From NCBI RefSeq assembly GCF_058153355.1, contig NZ_CM177019.1: 64,000 nucleotides of DNA. The stretch is one strand, 5' to 3'. The position numbers and the translations under genes are program-made. Below, piece after piece: positions 37,756 to 52,075 of the stretch (positions within the stretch are counted from its first letter, which is position 1; each line of letters opens with the position of its first letter). Below the pieces are notes generated by a model that saw only the letters and a program-made list of their open reading frames with translations, was not told the origin of the DNA and searched no databases.

Positions 37756-37875
37756 GTCAGCCTCGTAAAAATATCAATCCAATAGAATTATGCTGTGTAT
37801 AGTCTAAGCGACAGACAAAAATAAGATGAATGAGTTTTCTATAAACTTATGCTAGTTATACTAAACAATAAAAAG

Positions 37876-38142
37876 TCACATATCATCAGCTGTGTATCGC
37901 AACACGATTTCCAGTGTTTTTCTAATCACATCAGCTTTGAGAATATCATTCGTTGTTTCCAGGGAGTGTATCAGACTTAAGATAATATTTTTATTATTAA
38001 CATTATCCCCTGAAAGCATTAAATTGGTCACCGCCTGCCCTAATACAGCAGACTCTTCTTCTAACAAATTCCCCGAACTGCGAAAGTAACTTGATAACGC
38101 CTTATCAGTTATTGCGTTATGAATAGTAGTATCTTCAAGCAT
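37876..38142 (-). CDS. ariR: Biofilm/acid-resistance connector AriR (YmgB)
   Basis: 88-aa product ...[34 protein letters not shown]. Confidence 0.88.
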   Translation of the reverse strand: MLEDTTIHNAITDKALSSYFRSSGNLLEEESAVLGQAVTNLMLSGDNVNNKNIILSLIHSLETTNDILKADVIRKTLEIVLRYTADDM

Positions 38143-38170
38143 GGTAACCTCTCATCTTACTTATGAAATT

Positions 38171-38443
38171 TTAATGTATTCTGTTTATTTTCTTACCATT
38201 GAATATACTTTTATTGTCAGCTATTGCTGCTCTTCTGTTAGGCCCTCCTGTATCACTATTGCTAAAATCACGAATTATGCTATCAATTAAATCTCGTCGG
38301 AAGGCATTTTGTTCAACAGATTTCATTACGAGTAATTGCTTAATAAGAGTCTGCAACGAAAAATTTATCTTCATGCGTAATATCTGGAGCACCGCCTGGC
38401 CAGTAATTTCATGTTTTATACTTTCATTATCAGATGTCTTCAT
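38171..38443 (-). CDS. ymgA: Two-component connector YmgA
   Basis: 90-aa ORF at the conserved position between ycgZ and ariR. Confidence 0.85.
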   Translation of the reverse strand: MKTSDNESIKHEITGQAVLQILRMKINFSLQTLIKQLLVMKSVEQNAFRRDLIDSIIRDFSNSDTGGPNRRAAIADNKSIFNGKKINRIH

Positions 38444-38485
38444 AACGACTTCATAGTTAATCTGTCAAATAATCAGGCTGTCACA

Positions 38486-38722
38486 TTATTCAAAAAGCAA
38501 CCCAATTAGTGAATTGTAGTGTTTCTGTTCCTCTTCCCCTGTCGCTTGCTCCAGTCGACAAAGAAGTTTGGTACAAAGCGACTTTCGACTCAGATTACGT
38601 CCATCTTTCAAAATTTCAGTCACAATTTCCCCGAGGGTTTCCTGCTGAGTAGGCAAGTTAGCTTTTGCAAAGTAACGAGTAATTGCCCCCGCAGAATCTG
38701 AAATCACTGAATTTTGCTGCAT
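38486..38722 (-). CDS. ycgZ: Two-component connector YcgZ
   Basis: 78-aa ORF, first gene of the BluR-regulated cluster. Confidence 0.85.
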   Translation of the reverse strand: MQQNSVISDSAGAITRYFAKANLPTQQETLGEIVTEILKDGRNLSRKSLCTKLLCRLEQATGEEEQKHYNSLIGLLFE

Positions 38723-39035
38723 GCTACGCCTCTATTAAAAATGTTAAACGTTGTTAAGTGCAGTAACAATAGCAAACTTGTACGAAATATGTGTACAGAA
38801 TGATAAATTATTTTTTTGCAATTAGTGCTAACACCTATAAAACAATGAGATACGTAAAAATTATTTGCATCATTTTACTGACAACCTATACAAGATTCCA
38901 AACGAACTCATCTTCAAATTTTTCCATTTTTTATCAATGTAAATAAATAGTTATGTTTTAGCATTAAAAGAAAGACACCAGAAGATATGTCTGTTACCGT
39001 CATACTCTCGCCTCGCCCATTACCCTGGACTATTA

Positions 39036-40247
39036 ATGCTTACTACCCTTATTTATCGTAGCCATATACGTGACGACGAACCTGTCAAAAAAATCGAAGA
39101 AATGGTTTCGATAGCAAATCGCAGAAACATGCGGTCTGACGTAACAGGGATTTTACTGTTTAATGGTTCACATTTTTTTCAACTTCTTGAAGGTCCGGAA
39201 GAACAGGTTCAAATGATTTATCGGGCCATATGCCAGGATCCACGGCACTATAATATCGTTGAACTGCTGTGCGATTACGCACCTGCTCGCCGTTTTGGCA
39301 AAGCAGGAATGGAATTATTTGATTTGCGCCTCCACGAGCGCAATGACGTTTTACAGGCCGTACTCGACAAAGGCACCTCAAAATTTCAGCTAACTTATGA
39401 TGACAGAGCGCTGCAATTTTTTCGTACTTTTGTTCTTTCAACTGAAAAATCAACCTATTTCGAGATTCCTGCCGAAGACTCCTGGCGTTTTATCGCTGAC
39501 GGACTTGATAAAGAACTTGATTCCTGTACCCTTTCACCAAATATAAACGACCACTTTGCCTTTCATCCTATTGTCGATCCTTTATCGCGGCGGATAATCG
39601 CTTTTGAAGCAATTGTTAAAAATAGGGAAGACAGCCCATCAGCCAGAGTGGTTGGGCAAAGCAAAGACGGGGAAATCTACACAGCGGATCTCAAAAGTAA
39701 GGCACTTGCATTCGCGATGGCACACGCACTTGAGCTCGGTGATAAAATGATATCAATCAATCTATTACCTATGACCCTGGTTAACGAGCCTGACGCGGTC
39801 TCTTTTTTACTTGATGAAATAAAGGCCAATGGTTTGGTGCCTGAACAAATTATCGTGGAATTTACTGAAAGTGAGGTCATATCTCGGTTTGATGAATTTG
39901 CCGATGCTGTTAAATCACTTAAGGCTACCGGTATGAGTGTAGCAATTGACCATTTTGGCACAGGTTTTGCCGGTTTGTTACTCCTGTCACGCTTCCAGCC
40001 TGACAGAATTAAAATCAGTCAGGAATTGATTACCAATGTTCATAAAAGCGGGCCTCGGCAGGCAATTATTCAGGCGATCATAAAATGCTGTACATCACTT
40101 GAAATTCAAGTCTCTGCTATGGGTGTGGCAACACCAGAAGAGTGGATGTGGCTTGAATCTGCAGGAATTGAGATGTTTCAGGGAGATCTGTTTGCCAAAG
40201 CTAAATTGAATGGTATCCCTTCAGTTGCGTGGCCGGAGAAAAAATAA
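39036..40247 (+). CDS. bluF: Blue-light sensor BluF (YcgF), BLUF domain plus degenerate EAL domain
   Basis: 403-aa product; N-terminal BLUF-like region (YRSHIRDDEP...GILLFNGSHFFQLLEG) and C-terminal EAL-like domain. Confidence 0.9.
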   Translation: MLTTLIYRSHIRDDEPVKKIEEMVSIANRRNMRSDVTGILLFNGSHFFQLLEGPEEQVQMIYRAICQDPRHYNIVELLCDYAPARRFGKAGMELFDLRLHERNDVLQAVLDKGTSKFQLTYDDRALQFFRTFVLSTEKSTYFEIPAEDSWRFIADGLDKELDSCTLSPNINDHFAFHPIVDPLSRRIIAFEAIVKNREDSPSARVVGQSKDGEIYTADLKSKALAFAMAHALELGDKMISINLLPMTLVNEPDAVSFLLDEIKANGLVPEQIIVEFTESEVISRFDEFADAVKSLKATGMSVAIDHFGTGFAGLLLLSRFQPDRIKISQELITNVHKSGPRQAIIQAIIKCCTSLEIQVSAMGVATPEEWMWLESAGIEMFQGDLFAKAKLNGIPSVAWPEKK

Positions 40248-40451
40248 TTTTCAGCACATTATTTCACATGATTTCTGGAAATCATCGTGAAAATGAATAC
40301 GTTATGTTTTAATTTAATCCACATTAAAAATAATGTTTTATCCAATTTAGCTGAAATCTTATTTATACTTTGTACAATTTTAGCGTATATTGTACAAAGT
40401 ATTATTGGGTCGTGTACAGGCGACGGAGATTTATGAGCGCAAGGAGGAATT

Positions 40452-41183
40452 GTGGCTTATTACAGCATTGGTGATGTTGCTGAACGTTGCGGGATTAATC
40501 CTGTCACTCTCCGGGCCTGGCAACGCCGCTACGGTTTGTTAAAACCACAGCGCAGTGAAGGCGGACACCGACTCTTTGATGAAGAAGACATACAACGCAT
40601 CGAAGAGATCAAGCGTTGGATAAGTAATGGCGTCCCTGTAGGCAAAGTTAAAGCATTACTGGAAACCACCAGCCAGGATACGGAAGATGACTGGAGCCGC
40701 CTGCAAGAAGAGATGATGTCAATTCTTCGTATGGCTAATCCTGCCAAACTACGCGCGAGAATTATTTCACTGGGTCGAGAGTACCCGGTAGATCAATTGA
40801 TTAATCATGTTTACCTTCCTGTTCGTCAGCGTCTCGTGCTTGATCACAACACCTCCCGCATTATGAGCAGTATATTTGACGGCGCATTAATTGAATACGC
40901 AGCAGCCTCACTTTTCGAAATGCGCCGTAAGCCCGGTAAAGAAGCCATTCTAATGGCGTGGAATGTTGAAGAGAGAGCACGATTGTGGCTGGAAGCATGG
41001 CGTTTATCATTGTCAGGATGGCATATTTCTGTCCTTGCTGATCCCATTGAATCGCCGCGCCCGGAACTGTTCCCGACGCAAACATTGATTGTCTGGACAG
41101 GCATGGCACCAACGAGAAGGCAAAACGAACTTTTACAACACTGGGGTGAGCAAGGTTATAACGTCATCTTTCATGCCCCCTAA
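40452..41183 (+). CDS. bluR: MerR-family repressor BluR (YcgE)
   Basis: 243-aa product with N-terminal MerR HTH ([31 protein letters not shown]). Confidence 0.9.
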   Translation: MAYYSIGDVAERCGINPVTLRAWQRRYGLLKPQRSEGGHRLFDEEDIQRIEEIKRWISNGVPVGKVKALLETTSQDTEDDWSRLQEEMMSILRMANPAKLRARIISLGREYPVDQLINHVYLPVRQRLVLDHNTSRIMSSIFDGALIEYAAASLFEMRRKPGKEAILMAWNVEERARLWLEAWRLSLSGWHISVLADPIESPRPELFPTQTLIVWTGMAPTRRQNELLQHWGEQGYNVIFHAP

Positions 41184-41403
41184 TTTCACCTTTATCCCGC
41201 CCCTTAGACAGAATCTTATAATCTAAACCCACAACAGCGTTTGTACCGGAGCTGATCCGTTGCAAAATGCTCACCGGGAGAATTCAGGTAACCCCCCTTT
41301 CACACTTTGTACATATCACAGCCAAAGGACAGACCAGCTTGAAGTGAGAAAACCGATCGTGCACACTACGCACTCTCACAACTAACAAAAGGTTATTATC
41401 CTG

Positions 41404-41808
41404 ATGGATCAGGTCGTTGTTTTTCAAAAGATGTTTGAAAAAGTGAGAAAAGAGCAAAACTTTTCCTGGTTTTATTCAGAGTTAAAACATCACCGTATTG
41501 TGCATTACATTTATTATCTGGCTACGGATAACATCAGAATTATTACTCACGATGAAACAGTTTTGTTATTAAGAGGAAACCGTAGCCTGTTAAAAGTCAG
41601 TACAACCAAAAACCCAGAAAAAATTAAAGAGGCGGCATTGCTTCATATTTCTGGGAACTCTACATTTTGGGAGTATTGTACAACACTGGCAAGTGCTGGC
41701 GTTTTCCGCTGGGTAACCGATGTTAATAACAATAAACGCGGCTACTACGCTATTGATAATACGCTGTTGTATGTTGAAGATGTGGAAAATAACAAGCCAT
41801 TAATCTAG
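41404..41808 (+). CDS. ycgX: DUF1398-family protein YcgX
   Basis: 134-aa ORF, AT-rich, at the conserved position beside bluR. Confidence 0.75.
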   Translation: MDQVVVFQKMFEKVRKEQNFSWFYSELKHHRIVHYIYYLATDNIRIITHDETVLLLRGNRSLLKVSTTKNPEKIKEAALLHISGNSTFWEYCTTLASAGVFRWVTDVNNNKRGYYAIDNTLLYVEDVENNKPLI

Positions 41809-41996
41809 CAAAGTTTTAACACATAAGAGATCTATCATAATTCAGTAAAATAACAAAAAAGAGGACTTTCTATGACTTATCAGAACTCCCTTTTTATTGT
41901 TATCCATAATTGTTCAGCCGACCAATTCTATAAATCTGACATTTGACACGCCTCCTTTGCCGTTCTGATACGTTACTTTTCTTGCCGTTATCAAAC

Positions 41997-42075
41997 CCAC
42001 AAATACAACGGGCGTGTTATATGCCCGTTCAATACTTAATAGGTATAGCGTTAACATATTCTTGATAGCATGTAC
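41997..42075. repeat. Diverged copy of the icd 3' end and terminator region (left att-like repeat)
   Basis: About 75 bp (acaaatacaacgggcgtgttatatgcccgtt...catattcttgat) aligns at roughly 80% identity, in direct orientation, with 48315..48386 (icd terminator hairpin and last codons). Confidence 0.7.
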
Positions 42076-42644
42076 TGCATACCTCCTGCCTTAGAATTAT
42101 CTCCGGCTAACTCCACCAAACATGGCTGTACACAGCCAGATAAGAACGCTTGCGCGCATCTGGATATCATACCGCTGCTGGAACTGTTTCTTAATCATCC
42201 TACCTTATTCGACCTATTCGTTACTGGCCATTATGAAGGACGCAAAGTAAGCGCTTTTTATGCGTTTTGGCCTAGTTATTATCACGTTACCTTAATATTA
42301 TCAGGAACGAGTTAACGCTGCTCATAACGGTCAAACCGATACTATAAAGCCCAATAATTGAAACCTTTTCATCATGTCAGGAAGATAGTCATCCTTATGA
42401 TCTTTATATAAAAAAGCCAACCATGGGGTTGGCAAAGTGGCACAAACCAGCATAAAAGCTATGCTTTGTTTACAAATCTTCTTTGAATTAAATATATATC
42501 GTCCTGACTAAACAGAACTAAAACGGAATGAATTATTTAATCATATTACTAAATTTCATTTTGTTTAGACTCTGTTGAGATCCCTTGTTTTAAATTTCAT
42601 TTAGATAAAATTCTTAATTAAATCCTTGGGAGTCAATTATCTCT

Positions 42645-42899
42645 ATGCAAAGTCAAGGAATGTACTTTGAAATGAACCTATACGCATATTTGAATAAATA
42701 TGATAGTCGGCTTTCAGAAGAAAAACTTGCAATTGATAAGGCAGTTAGAGATTTATATCTTTGCAACGAACACGTGGATAACAAGAGCATTATACTGAAA
42801 TTGCTCTCATTTTTATCATCTGCTGATGACATTGTTGAAAAAGATATTATCAGGAATGCTTTGGAAGTGGTGCTTCTTTTTACATTAGACGATATTTAA
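42645..42899 (+). CDS. AriR/YmgB-family paralog
   Basis: 84-aa product ...DNKSIILKLLSFLSSADDIVEKDIIRNALEVVLLFTLDDI parallels the AriR C-terminus [39 protein letters not shown]. Confidence 0.65.
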   Translation: MQSQGMYFEMNLYAYLNKYDSRLSEEKLAIDKAVRDLYLCNEHVDNKSIILKLLSFLSSADDIVEKDIIRNALEVVLLFTLDDI

Positions 42900-43147
42900 G
42901 TCATCTCAGGAGTTTTAATACACGAAGAGTGCCCGGATACTAGCGATTATATTCATATTTAATTATTAGTGCGGGGAAAGAGATTATGCATTGGCATATT
43001 TCTCTAACGTCCGCGATAGAAAAACAACTTTAAATATAAATAAAGAACAAACCACCTTTGCATTCAACCTCATCTGAGCTGACTATAGTACAAATTATAT
43101 TGATATTCTTTATCAACATCATTGGAACAGAAGAATAAGGCGAAGAA

Positions 43148-43471
43148 ATGAAGTGTATAGTAATTGATACTGTAATACAACCTTCGTGTGGTATATATTT
43201 TTCAGTCATATGGAGCGATATAAAAATGATCATTTGGTATCGTTCAAATATCTTTCTCCCACCTGGCAGCATATTTACAGTTATTAAGTCAGGTATTATA
43301 CTCGAGGATAAAGAATATCCGATCAGTATTTTTAACGTGGCGCTATTCAACAAAAATTTATGGAATTTAATCAAAAATAGTCAAGAGTGTCCTACAGAAT
43401 CAAACAAAATTACGAATAAATGCCTGCATAAGCATTGCATTATGCAAATATGTCCACATGGTCTCAAGTAA
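43148..43471 (+). CDS. iraM: Anti-adaptor protein IraM (RpoS stabiliser)
   Basis: 107-aa product [22 protein letters not shown]...[16 protein letters not shown]. Confidence 0.85.
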   Translation: MKCIVIDTVIQPSCGIYFSVIWSDIKMIIWYRSNIFLPPGSIFTVIKSGIILEDKEYPISIFNVALFNKNLWNLIKNSQECPTESNKITNKCLHKHCIMQICPHGLK

Positions 43472-43522
43472 TGGGGGTTATTTAACCTTCCCTATATGCT
43501 ATAGATAAATCTACCAAAAACT

Positions 43523-43540
43523 GCCCCTTCGTAGAGGGGC
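43523..43540 (+). terminator. Terminator-like hairpin downstream of iraM
   Basis: Perfect hairpin gccccttc-gt-agaggggc followed by a T-rich stretch; the palindrome could act on either strand. Confidence 0.45.
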
Positions 43541-44067
43541 TCTATGATTTTGTTTTATTTGAAGGCATGGTGCTGAATGTACTCGTTGAATCCAGATTCA
43601 ACACCTGAAGCTACACTTAACCCATAATACTTGTTTCTGGTTCCTCTACCGAGTGGTCAAACAATGATATGTATGTGACGTCAGAGTTTATTTTTTTAGT
43701 GTTTAATGCTATTAATTTAACGTAGTTACCTATCTTTTTTCTACCTTCTGAACTAACCTTAGGTTTCAACGTATCCGGCAGGAGGGGCTATCCCCAATCT
43801 TAAATTTTGCTGCCCGATTTGCTCAAGCCAAAGTTTTAATTTTACAACCTATAAACCTGAGTTAAATCAACCTCATGGTGCTGTCTGTTCCCGCTGTGGA
43901 ACAAGACTCACTGCAACATCTTGCATTCCTAAACTTCGCAGAAGGCGATGGGCAAAAACTGTACTGTAATGTTATTTCGATGTCTCTTATGGTAAATAGG
44001 AGGCGTCGAGGCTAAGTGAGTAGCCTGCTTGCTTCTCAAGCCTGGATACTATCAGCATTCACGTCAG

Positions 44068-44107
44068 ATGAAATGATGATATTTCGCGTAAGAAAGAGGC
44101 ATTTTTT
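44068..44107. repeat. 40-bp repeat, copy 2 (between iraM and the trkG-like gene)
   Basis: gatgaaatgatgatatttcgcgtaagaaagaggcattttt; 38/40 identical to copy 1. Confidence 0.7.
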
Positions 44108-44205
44108 TATCAACTTCACATCGGAGATGGTAATAATCCTATGGGTCCAGTCCATATGAGGGGGTCAACATACTATAAAATTCACAATCATAAATTAACT
44201 ATATA

Positions 44206-45663
44206 TCAAGAACGCCAAAAAAATCCTGAAAATAGTATAATAACAGGGTAAATTTCAAGTCGACCAAGAATCATAGCAATACACATGAGATATTTTGCAA
44301 TATCATTAAGAACACCGAATGAGGATGCGGTAGCCCCAAAACCCAGCCCCATATTATTAATGCATGCAGCGACTGTCGCAAATGATGTAAGGAAATCATA
44401 TCCCATACCGTTTAGCACCAGTATAAAAAACACTGTAAAGAAAGTATAAAGAAAAAAGAAACTCCATACAGACCTCATTACGCGGTCTGTAACAATCTTC
44501 CCTCCTACATTTACACTAAGCAATGCTCTGGGATGAGAAAGCTGATTTATTTCGTGTTTACTTTGTTTAAAAAGTATAAGAAATCTAAGTGATTTAATTC
44601 CGCCGCACGTTGAGCCTATACATCCCCCAAAAAAACTTGACAGCAGCAAAAAAACTATCGTATGTGTGGGCCAGTTTGAATAATCCTGCGTAGCTAAACC
44701 ATTATCAGTGAGCATGGAGCTAGCAAGAAAAAACGAATGAACAACACTTCCAGTTAAGTCATACATACCTATATGCCAGACCTGGAAAGAGGTAACAATA
44801 ATAACACCTGAAGCTATTAACAAAAAGAAACGAAGTTCAACATCTGTGAGTAAGGGTTTTATTGTTTTCCTGCTTATAACAACATACCAAAGAGTGAAGT
44901 TGAAAGCCGATAACAGAGAAAAAGAGCCCGCCACCAGTTCAATCAAATAATTATTGAAATAGCCGATACTCTCACTATGAGTTGAAAAACCGCCAAGAGA
45001 AACTGTAGAAAGTCCATGACAAATAGCATCAAACAAAGGCATTCCTGCAAGTCGATAACAAACAATACAAGCAATGCCTAATAAAGAATAAGTTATCCAA
45101 AGTGTCCGCGACGTATCAGCCAAGCGTGGAGTCAGTTTGTCATCCTTAAATGGCCCTGGCATTTCTGACTGATAAAGTTTTGCACCACCAATACCCAATA
45201 ATGGCAACACAGCAACTGCCAGAACAATAACCCCTAAACCGCCGATAAAATTTAATTGTGACCGGTAGAACAAATATGCCCGAGATAATGAACTGACATC
45301 ATCAATTACTGTTGCTCCTGTTGTTGTTATTCCGGAAACCCCTTCAAACAGCGCGTCAGCAAACGTTAAATTAAGCTCTGAATCAATCCATAATGGAAAT
45401 GCGCTAATAATAGAAAATAAAATCCAAAACATTACAATTATAATAAACCCATCACGGGTGCGTAATTGAATGCCAGATTTTTTAGTGGTATACCACGCTC
45501 CGCCACCAATACAAAAAAATATAACAAAAGTAATAAAAAAAACGAACAAGCTTTTTTCTTTATAAAACAATGCTACAACCATTGGTGGTAACATTGAAAG
45601 ACTATAGAGCCAGACCAAGAACCCACACATATGAGTTACAACTCTTACATGAGATGTATTCAT
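44206..45663 (-). CDS. trkG: TrkH/TrkG-family K+ uptake membrane protein (TrkG-like, horizontally acquired copy)
   Basis: 485-aa product from Met 7 (MNTSHVRVVTHMCGFL...); strong similarity to TrkH core (GATVIDD...FYRSQLNFIGGLGVIVLAVAVLPLLGIGGAKLYQSEMPGPFKDDKLTPRLADTSRTLW); AT-rich codon usage. Confidence 0.85.
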   Translation of the reverse strand: MNTSHVRVVTHMCGFLVWLYSLSMLPPMVVALFYKEKSLFVFFITFVIFFCIGGGAWYTTKKSGIQLRTRDGFIIIVMFWILFSIISAFPLWIDSELNLTFADALFEGVSGITTTGATVIDDVSSLSRAYLFYRSQLNFIGGLGVIVLAVAVLPLLGIGGAKLYQSEMPGPFKDDKLTPRLADTSRTLWITYSLLGIACIVCYRLAGMPLFDAICHGLSTVSLGGFSTHSESIGYFNNYLIELVAGSFSLLSAFNFTLWYVVISRKTIKPLLTDVELRFFLLIASGVIIVTSFQVWHIGMYDLTGSVVHSFFLASSMLTDNGLATQDYSNWPTHTIVFLLLSSFFGGCIGSTCGGIKSLRFLILFKQSKHEINQLSHPRALLSVNVGGKIVTDRVMRSVWSFFFLYTFFTVFFILVLNGMGYDFLTSFATVAACINNMGLGFGATASSFGVLNDIAKYLMCIAMILGRLEIYPVIILFSGFFWRS

Positions 45664-46099
45664 ATCCAAATGTTCTTTCAATTATAACCACCTTACTGCA
45701 ATGTCATGATTATACTGTATAAATTTTAACTCTTCTTAGATCTTACTTCACTGGTCCTTATGAAACAATCAGCAAAATGAATCTTATTATAACACTGTTC
45801 GGTTATGTATTGTTGAGCCTTCCCGCTGGGCCTGCATCATTACAAGTCGCTCCCTATGGGGCTTTGTCGAATAAATAATTTTTCGGTAAGTATCCCCTGA
45901 GCAGGTTGTATCTTCAGGCAGTATGAACACTTTCTGGCATACCTACCTTCGTCATTATGTTCAGCGTATGCACCATGACCAAAGCCTCTGCAACCGGCCG
46001 ATCATAATCTAGCAACATCAGAGAACCTCAGAATAACTGTTTTACCCTGTACATTGCCGTTTCCGCTATTGAGCAACGATTGTAATCTTTTGTCCATTT

Positions 46100-46330
46100 T
46101 CACCGGGAATTACCCTCGGTCAATCGCTGATACGCGACTGCACAGTTACGGTCGGCATACTCACCGGACCAGTAACCCGCTCCTTTTTGGGGTGGGATGA
46201 GCGCGCTGATTTTCACACGGCGCAGCTGCTCGTAACAGAGCCGAGAGGCGTAAACTCCGTCTGCTGCTGTCCTGATTTTTTGATGGGTTTGCCGGATTAA
46301 TCCGGCTACACCTCTACATCCGTTACGCTG
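46100..46330 (-). pseudogene. Short transposase-like / mobile-element ORF remnant
   Basis: Minus-strand frame gives an uninterrupted ~74-codon stretch ...RLCYEQLRRVKISALIPPQKGAGYWSGEYADRNCAVAYQRLTEGNSR* with no start context or flanking gene; GC-rich relative to its AT-rich neighbours. Confidence 0.35.
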
Positions 46331-46545
46331 AATGCTGAGGTCGCCCTTGGGAAGAAGGCATTGCTGACTTATACCAATCCGAAATCACCTCCTCGTGCAA
46401 CCAGACAGGGAGGGGCCTCGGTTGATAAGAGCTCTGTTATTGATGTGCCAGTTGGTGATTCTAACTTTTGCTTTGTAACGGGACGAGCCGTGTTGGCAGA
46501 TGATGTGTGGTCTGATCCTTAAACTCAGTAAAAGTACGATTTATT

Positions 46546-46584
46546 CAAAAAAGCCCCTCCACTATGATTTCGATTTAAGGGGCT
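46546..46584 (-). terminator. Intrinsic terminator of the 458-aa gene
   Basis: On the minus strand: hairpin agcccc...ggggct followed by a run of six U, about 30 nt after the stop. Confidence 0.6.
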
Positions 46585-46615
46585 GATGATTATGTAACGC
46601 GAATTTACCGGATCC

Positions 46616-48001
<1,386 letters not shown>

Positions 48002-48313
48002 TCAGGGGGGTTGATATTCCGGATCATGCCGTGTTTGCCCACGGCTCCCCCTGGAGAGCTGCAGACCTGTTTATTTAACTCGCACAGCGCCGGGGCCTGT
48101 CAGCAAACAGGGAGCATAACCGTCGTGCCATTAAACGCCAGACGGGAGATCATTATTATTTTATTAATACAGATTCGTTGCATTCCGGTCTTTACCGCAG
48201 TTTAAAAGAAAAGAGAATAGGGACTTAGGCAGTAGAGCAGTCATTGGACAGACCACACTACCCCAAACTAGCAGGGGAGTTTTGATAAAATTTTGATAAC
48301 CGTTAGCATGCTA

Positions 48314-48346
48314 ACAAAAAACAACGGGCGTGTTATACGCCCGTTT
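48314..48346 (-). terminator. Intrinsic terminator of icd
   Basis: Minus-strand hairpin aacgggcgtataacacgcccgtt followed by a U-run, directly after the icd stop. Confidence 0.75.
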
Positions 48347-48368
48347 CAATATTTAACACATGTAGTGA

Positions 48369-49619
48369 TTACATATTCTTGATGATCGCGTCACCAAACT
48401 CTGAACATTTCAGCAGTTTAGCGCCTTCCATCAGACGTTCGAAGTCATAGGTTACAGTCTTCGCGTTGATTGCGCCTTCCATACCTTTAACAATCAGGTC
48501 TGCGGCTTCAGTCCAGCCCATATGGCGCAGCATCATCTCAGCGGAGAGGATGATAGAGCCTGGGTTAACTTTGTCCTGACCAGCATACTTCGGCGCAGTA
48601 CCGTGGGTGGCTTCAAACAGCGCGCATTCGTCACCGATGTTTGCGCCTGGGGCGATACCGATACCGCCAACCTGCGCTGCCAGAGCATCAGAAATGTAGT
48701 CACCGTTGAGGTTCATACAGGCGATAACGTCGTATTCAGCCGGACGCAGCAGGATCTGTTGCAGGAATGCGTCAGCAATCACGTCTTTAATGACGATCTC
48801 TTTGCCGGTGTTCGGGTTTTTGACTTTCAGCCACGGCCCGCCGTCGATCAGTTCACCGCCAAACTCTTCACGCGCCAGCTGGTAACCCCAGTCTTTAAAC
48901 GCGCCTTCGGTGAACTTCATGATGTTGCCTTTGTGCACCAGGGTCACAGAGTCACGGTCGTTAGCAATTGCGTATTCGATCGCGGCACGAACCAGACGTT
49001 TGGTGCCTTCTTCCGAACACGGCTTGATACCGATACCGCAATGTTCCGGGAAGCGAATTTTCTTCACGCCCATCTCTTCACGCAGGAATTTAATCACTTT
49101 CTCAGCGTCGGCAGAGTCAGCTTTCCATTCGATACCCGCATAAATATCTTCCGAGTTTTCACGGAAGATAACCATATCGGTCAGTTCAGGATGTTTAACC
49201 GGGCTTGGGGTGCCCTGATAGTAACGTACCGGACGCAGGCAGATGTAGAGATCCAGTTCCTGGCGCAGAGCTACGTTGAGAGAACGAATACCGCCGCCAA
49301 CCGGAGTGGTCAGAGGGCCTTTAATGGCAACGCGATACTCACGAATCAGATCAAGGGTTTCAGCAGGCAGCCAGACATCCTGACCATAAACCTGTGTGGA
49401 TTTTTCACCGGTGTAAATTTCCATCCAGGAGATTTTACGCTCGCCTTTATAGGCTTTCTCGACCGCAGCGTCGACCACTTTCAGCATGGCTGGGGTTACA
49501 TCTACACCGATTCCATCACCTTCAATGTAAGGGATAATCGGATTTTCAGGAACGTTGAGTTTGCCGTTTTGCAGGGTGATCTTCTTGCCTTGTGCCGGAA
49601 CAACTACTTTACTTTCCAT
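48369..49619 (-). CDS. icd: NADP-dependent isocitrate dehydrogenase
   Basis: 416-aa product [38 protein letters not shown]...; C-terminus ...[12 protein letters not shown]. Confidence 0.96.
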   Translation of the reverse strand: MESKVVVPAQGKKITLQNGKLNVPENPIIPYIEGDGIGVDVTPAMLKVVDAAVEKAYKGERKISWMEIYTGEKSTQVYGQDVWLPAETLDLIREYRVAIKGPLTTPVGGGIRSLNVALRQELDLYICLRPVRYYQGTPSPVKHPELTDMVIFRENSEDIYAGIEWKADSADAEKVIKFLREEMGVKKIRFPEHCGIGIKPCSEEGTKRLVRAAIEYAIANDRDSVTLVHKGNIMKFTEGAFKDWGYQLAREEFGGELIDGGPWLKVKNPNTGKEIVIKDVIADAFLQQILLRPAEYDVIACMNLNGDYISDALAAQVGGIGIAPGANIGDECALFEATHGTAPKYAGQDKVNPGSIILSAEMMLRHMGWTEAADLIVKGMEGAINAKTVTYDFERLMEGAKLLKCSEFGDAIIKNM

Positions 49620-49790
49620 TCACCTCTCCTTCGAGCGCTACTGGTTTGCTCGTCTGCCACCACGTTGCATATGCGTTTGCGTCCTGCGATACGGATGCTT
49701 TAGAGCAATTTTTTGTTAATGATTTGTAATTGGCTTGTCAATACTACCCTATTGTTTGCCGTCATGAAAGATGCGCGTTATTAGGCTATA

Positions 49791-50444
49791 ATGCGGCAAT
49801 TCATAATCTCTGAAAATACCATGCAAAAAACTTCTTTTAGAAATCACCAGGTTAAGCGATTCAGCTCGCAACGTTCTACCAGGCGAAAACCTGAAAACCA
49901 GCCCACGCGTGTGATCCTGTTCAATAAACCCTACGATGTTCTTCCGCAGTTCACCGATGAAGCCGGACGCAAAACATTAAAAGAATTCATCCCGGTTCAG
50001 GGGGTGTATGCGGCAGGTCGTCTCGACCGCGACAGCGAAGGGTTACTGGTGCTGACCAATAACGGCGCTTTGCAGGCGCGTTTAACCCAGCCGGGTAAAC
50101 GTACCGGGAAAATCTATTATGTACAGGTAGAAGGTATTCCCACGGAAGACGCCCTTGAAGCGTTGCGCAATGGCGTAACCTTAAATGATGGCCCTACCCT
50201 GCCCGCAGGTGCGGAGATGGTTGAGGAGCCGGAATGGTTATGGCCCCGTAATCCGCCAATTCGTGAACGAAAAAGTATTCCCACCAGCTGGCTTAAGATC
50301 ACCTTATATGAAGGACGTAATCGCCAGGTGCGCCGCATGACCGCCCATGTTGGTTTTCCCACGCTGCGACTGATTCGCTATGCGATGGGTGATTACTCTT
50401 TGGATAATCTTGCCAATGGCGAATGGCGAGAAGCGACAGATTAA
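49791..50444 (+). CDS. rluE: 23S rRNA pseudouridine(2457) synthase RluE
   Basis: 217-aa product with RsuA-family pseudouridine synthase core ([17 protein letters not shown]). Confidence 0.9.
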   Translation: MRQFIISENTMQKTSFRNHQVKRFSSQRSTRRKPENQPTRVILFNKPYDVLPQFTDEAGRKTLKEFIPVQGVYAAGRLDRDSEGLLVLTNNGALQARLTQPGKRTGKIYYVQVEGIPTEDALEALRNGVTLNDGPTLPAGAEMVEEPEWLWPRNPPIRERKSIPTSWLKITLYEGRNRQVRRMTAHVGFPTLRLIRYAMGDYSLDNLANGEWREATD

Positions 50445-50453
50445 GGACGCAAA

Positions 50454-52075
<1,622 letters not shown>

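Noticed and set aside
42048-42315. Possible duplicated icd 3' coding fragment (icdC-like pseudogene) and the 81-aa plus-strand ORF 42070-42315
   Set aside because: Only the terminator hairpin and roughly the last dozen bases of coding sequence are conserved; the minus-strand reading frame does not reproduce the icd C-terminal peptide, so this is an att-like repeat, not a translatable alternative icd end. The plus-strand ORF has no support.
48522-49703. 393-aa ORF on the plus strand
   Set aside because: Lies entirely antisense to icd, whose identity is strongly supported; a long antisense frame is a common artefact opposite highly expressed, codon-biased genes.
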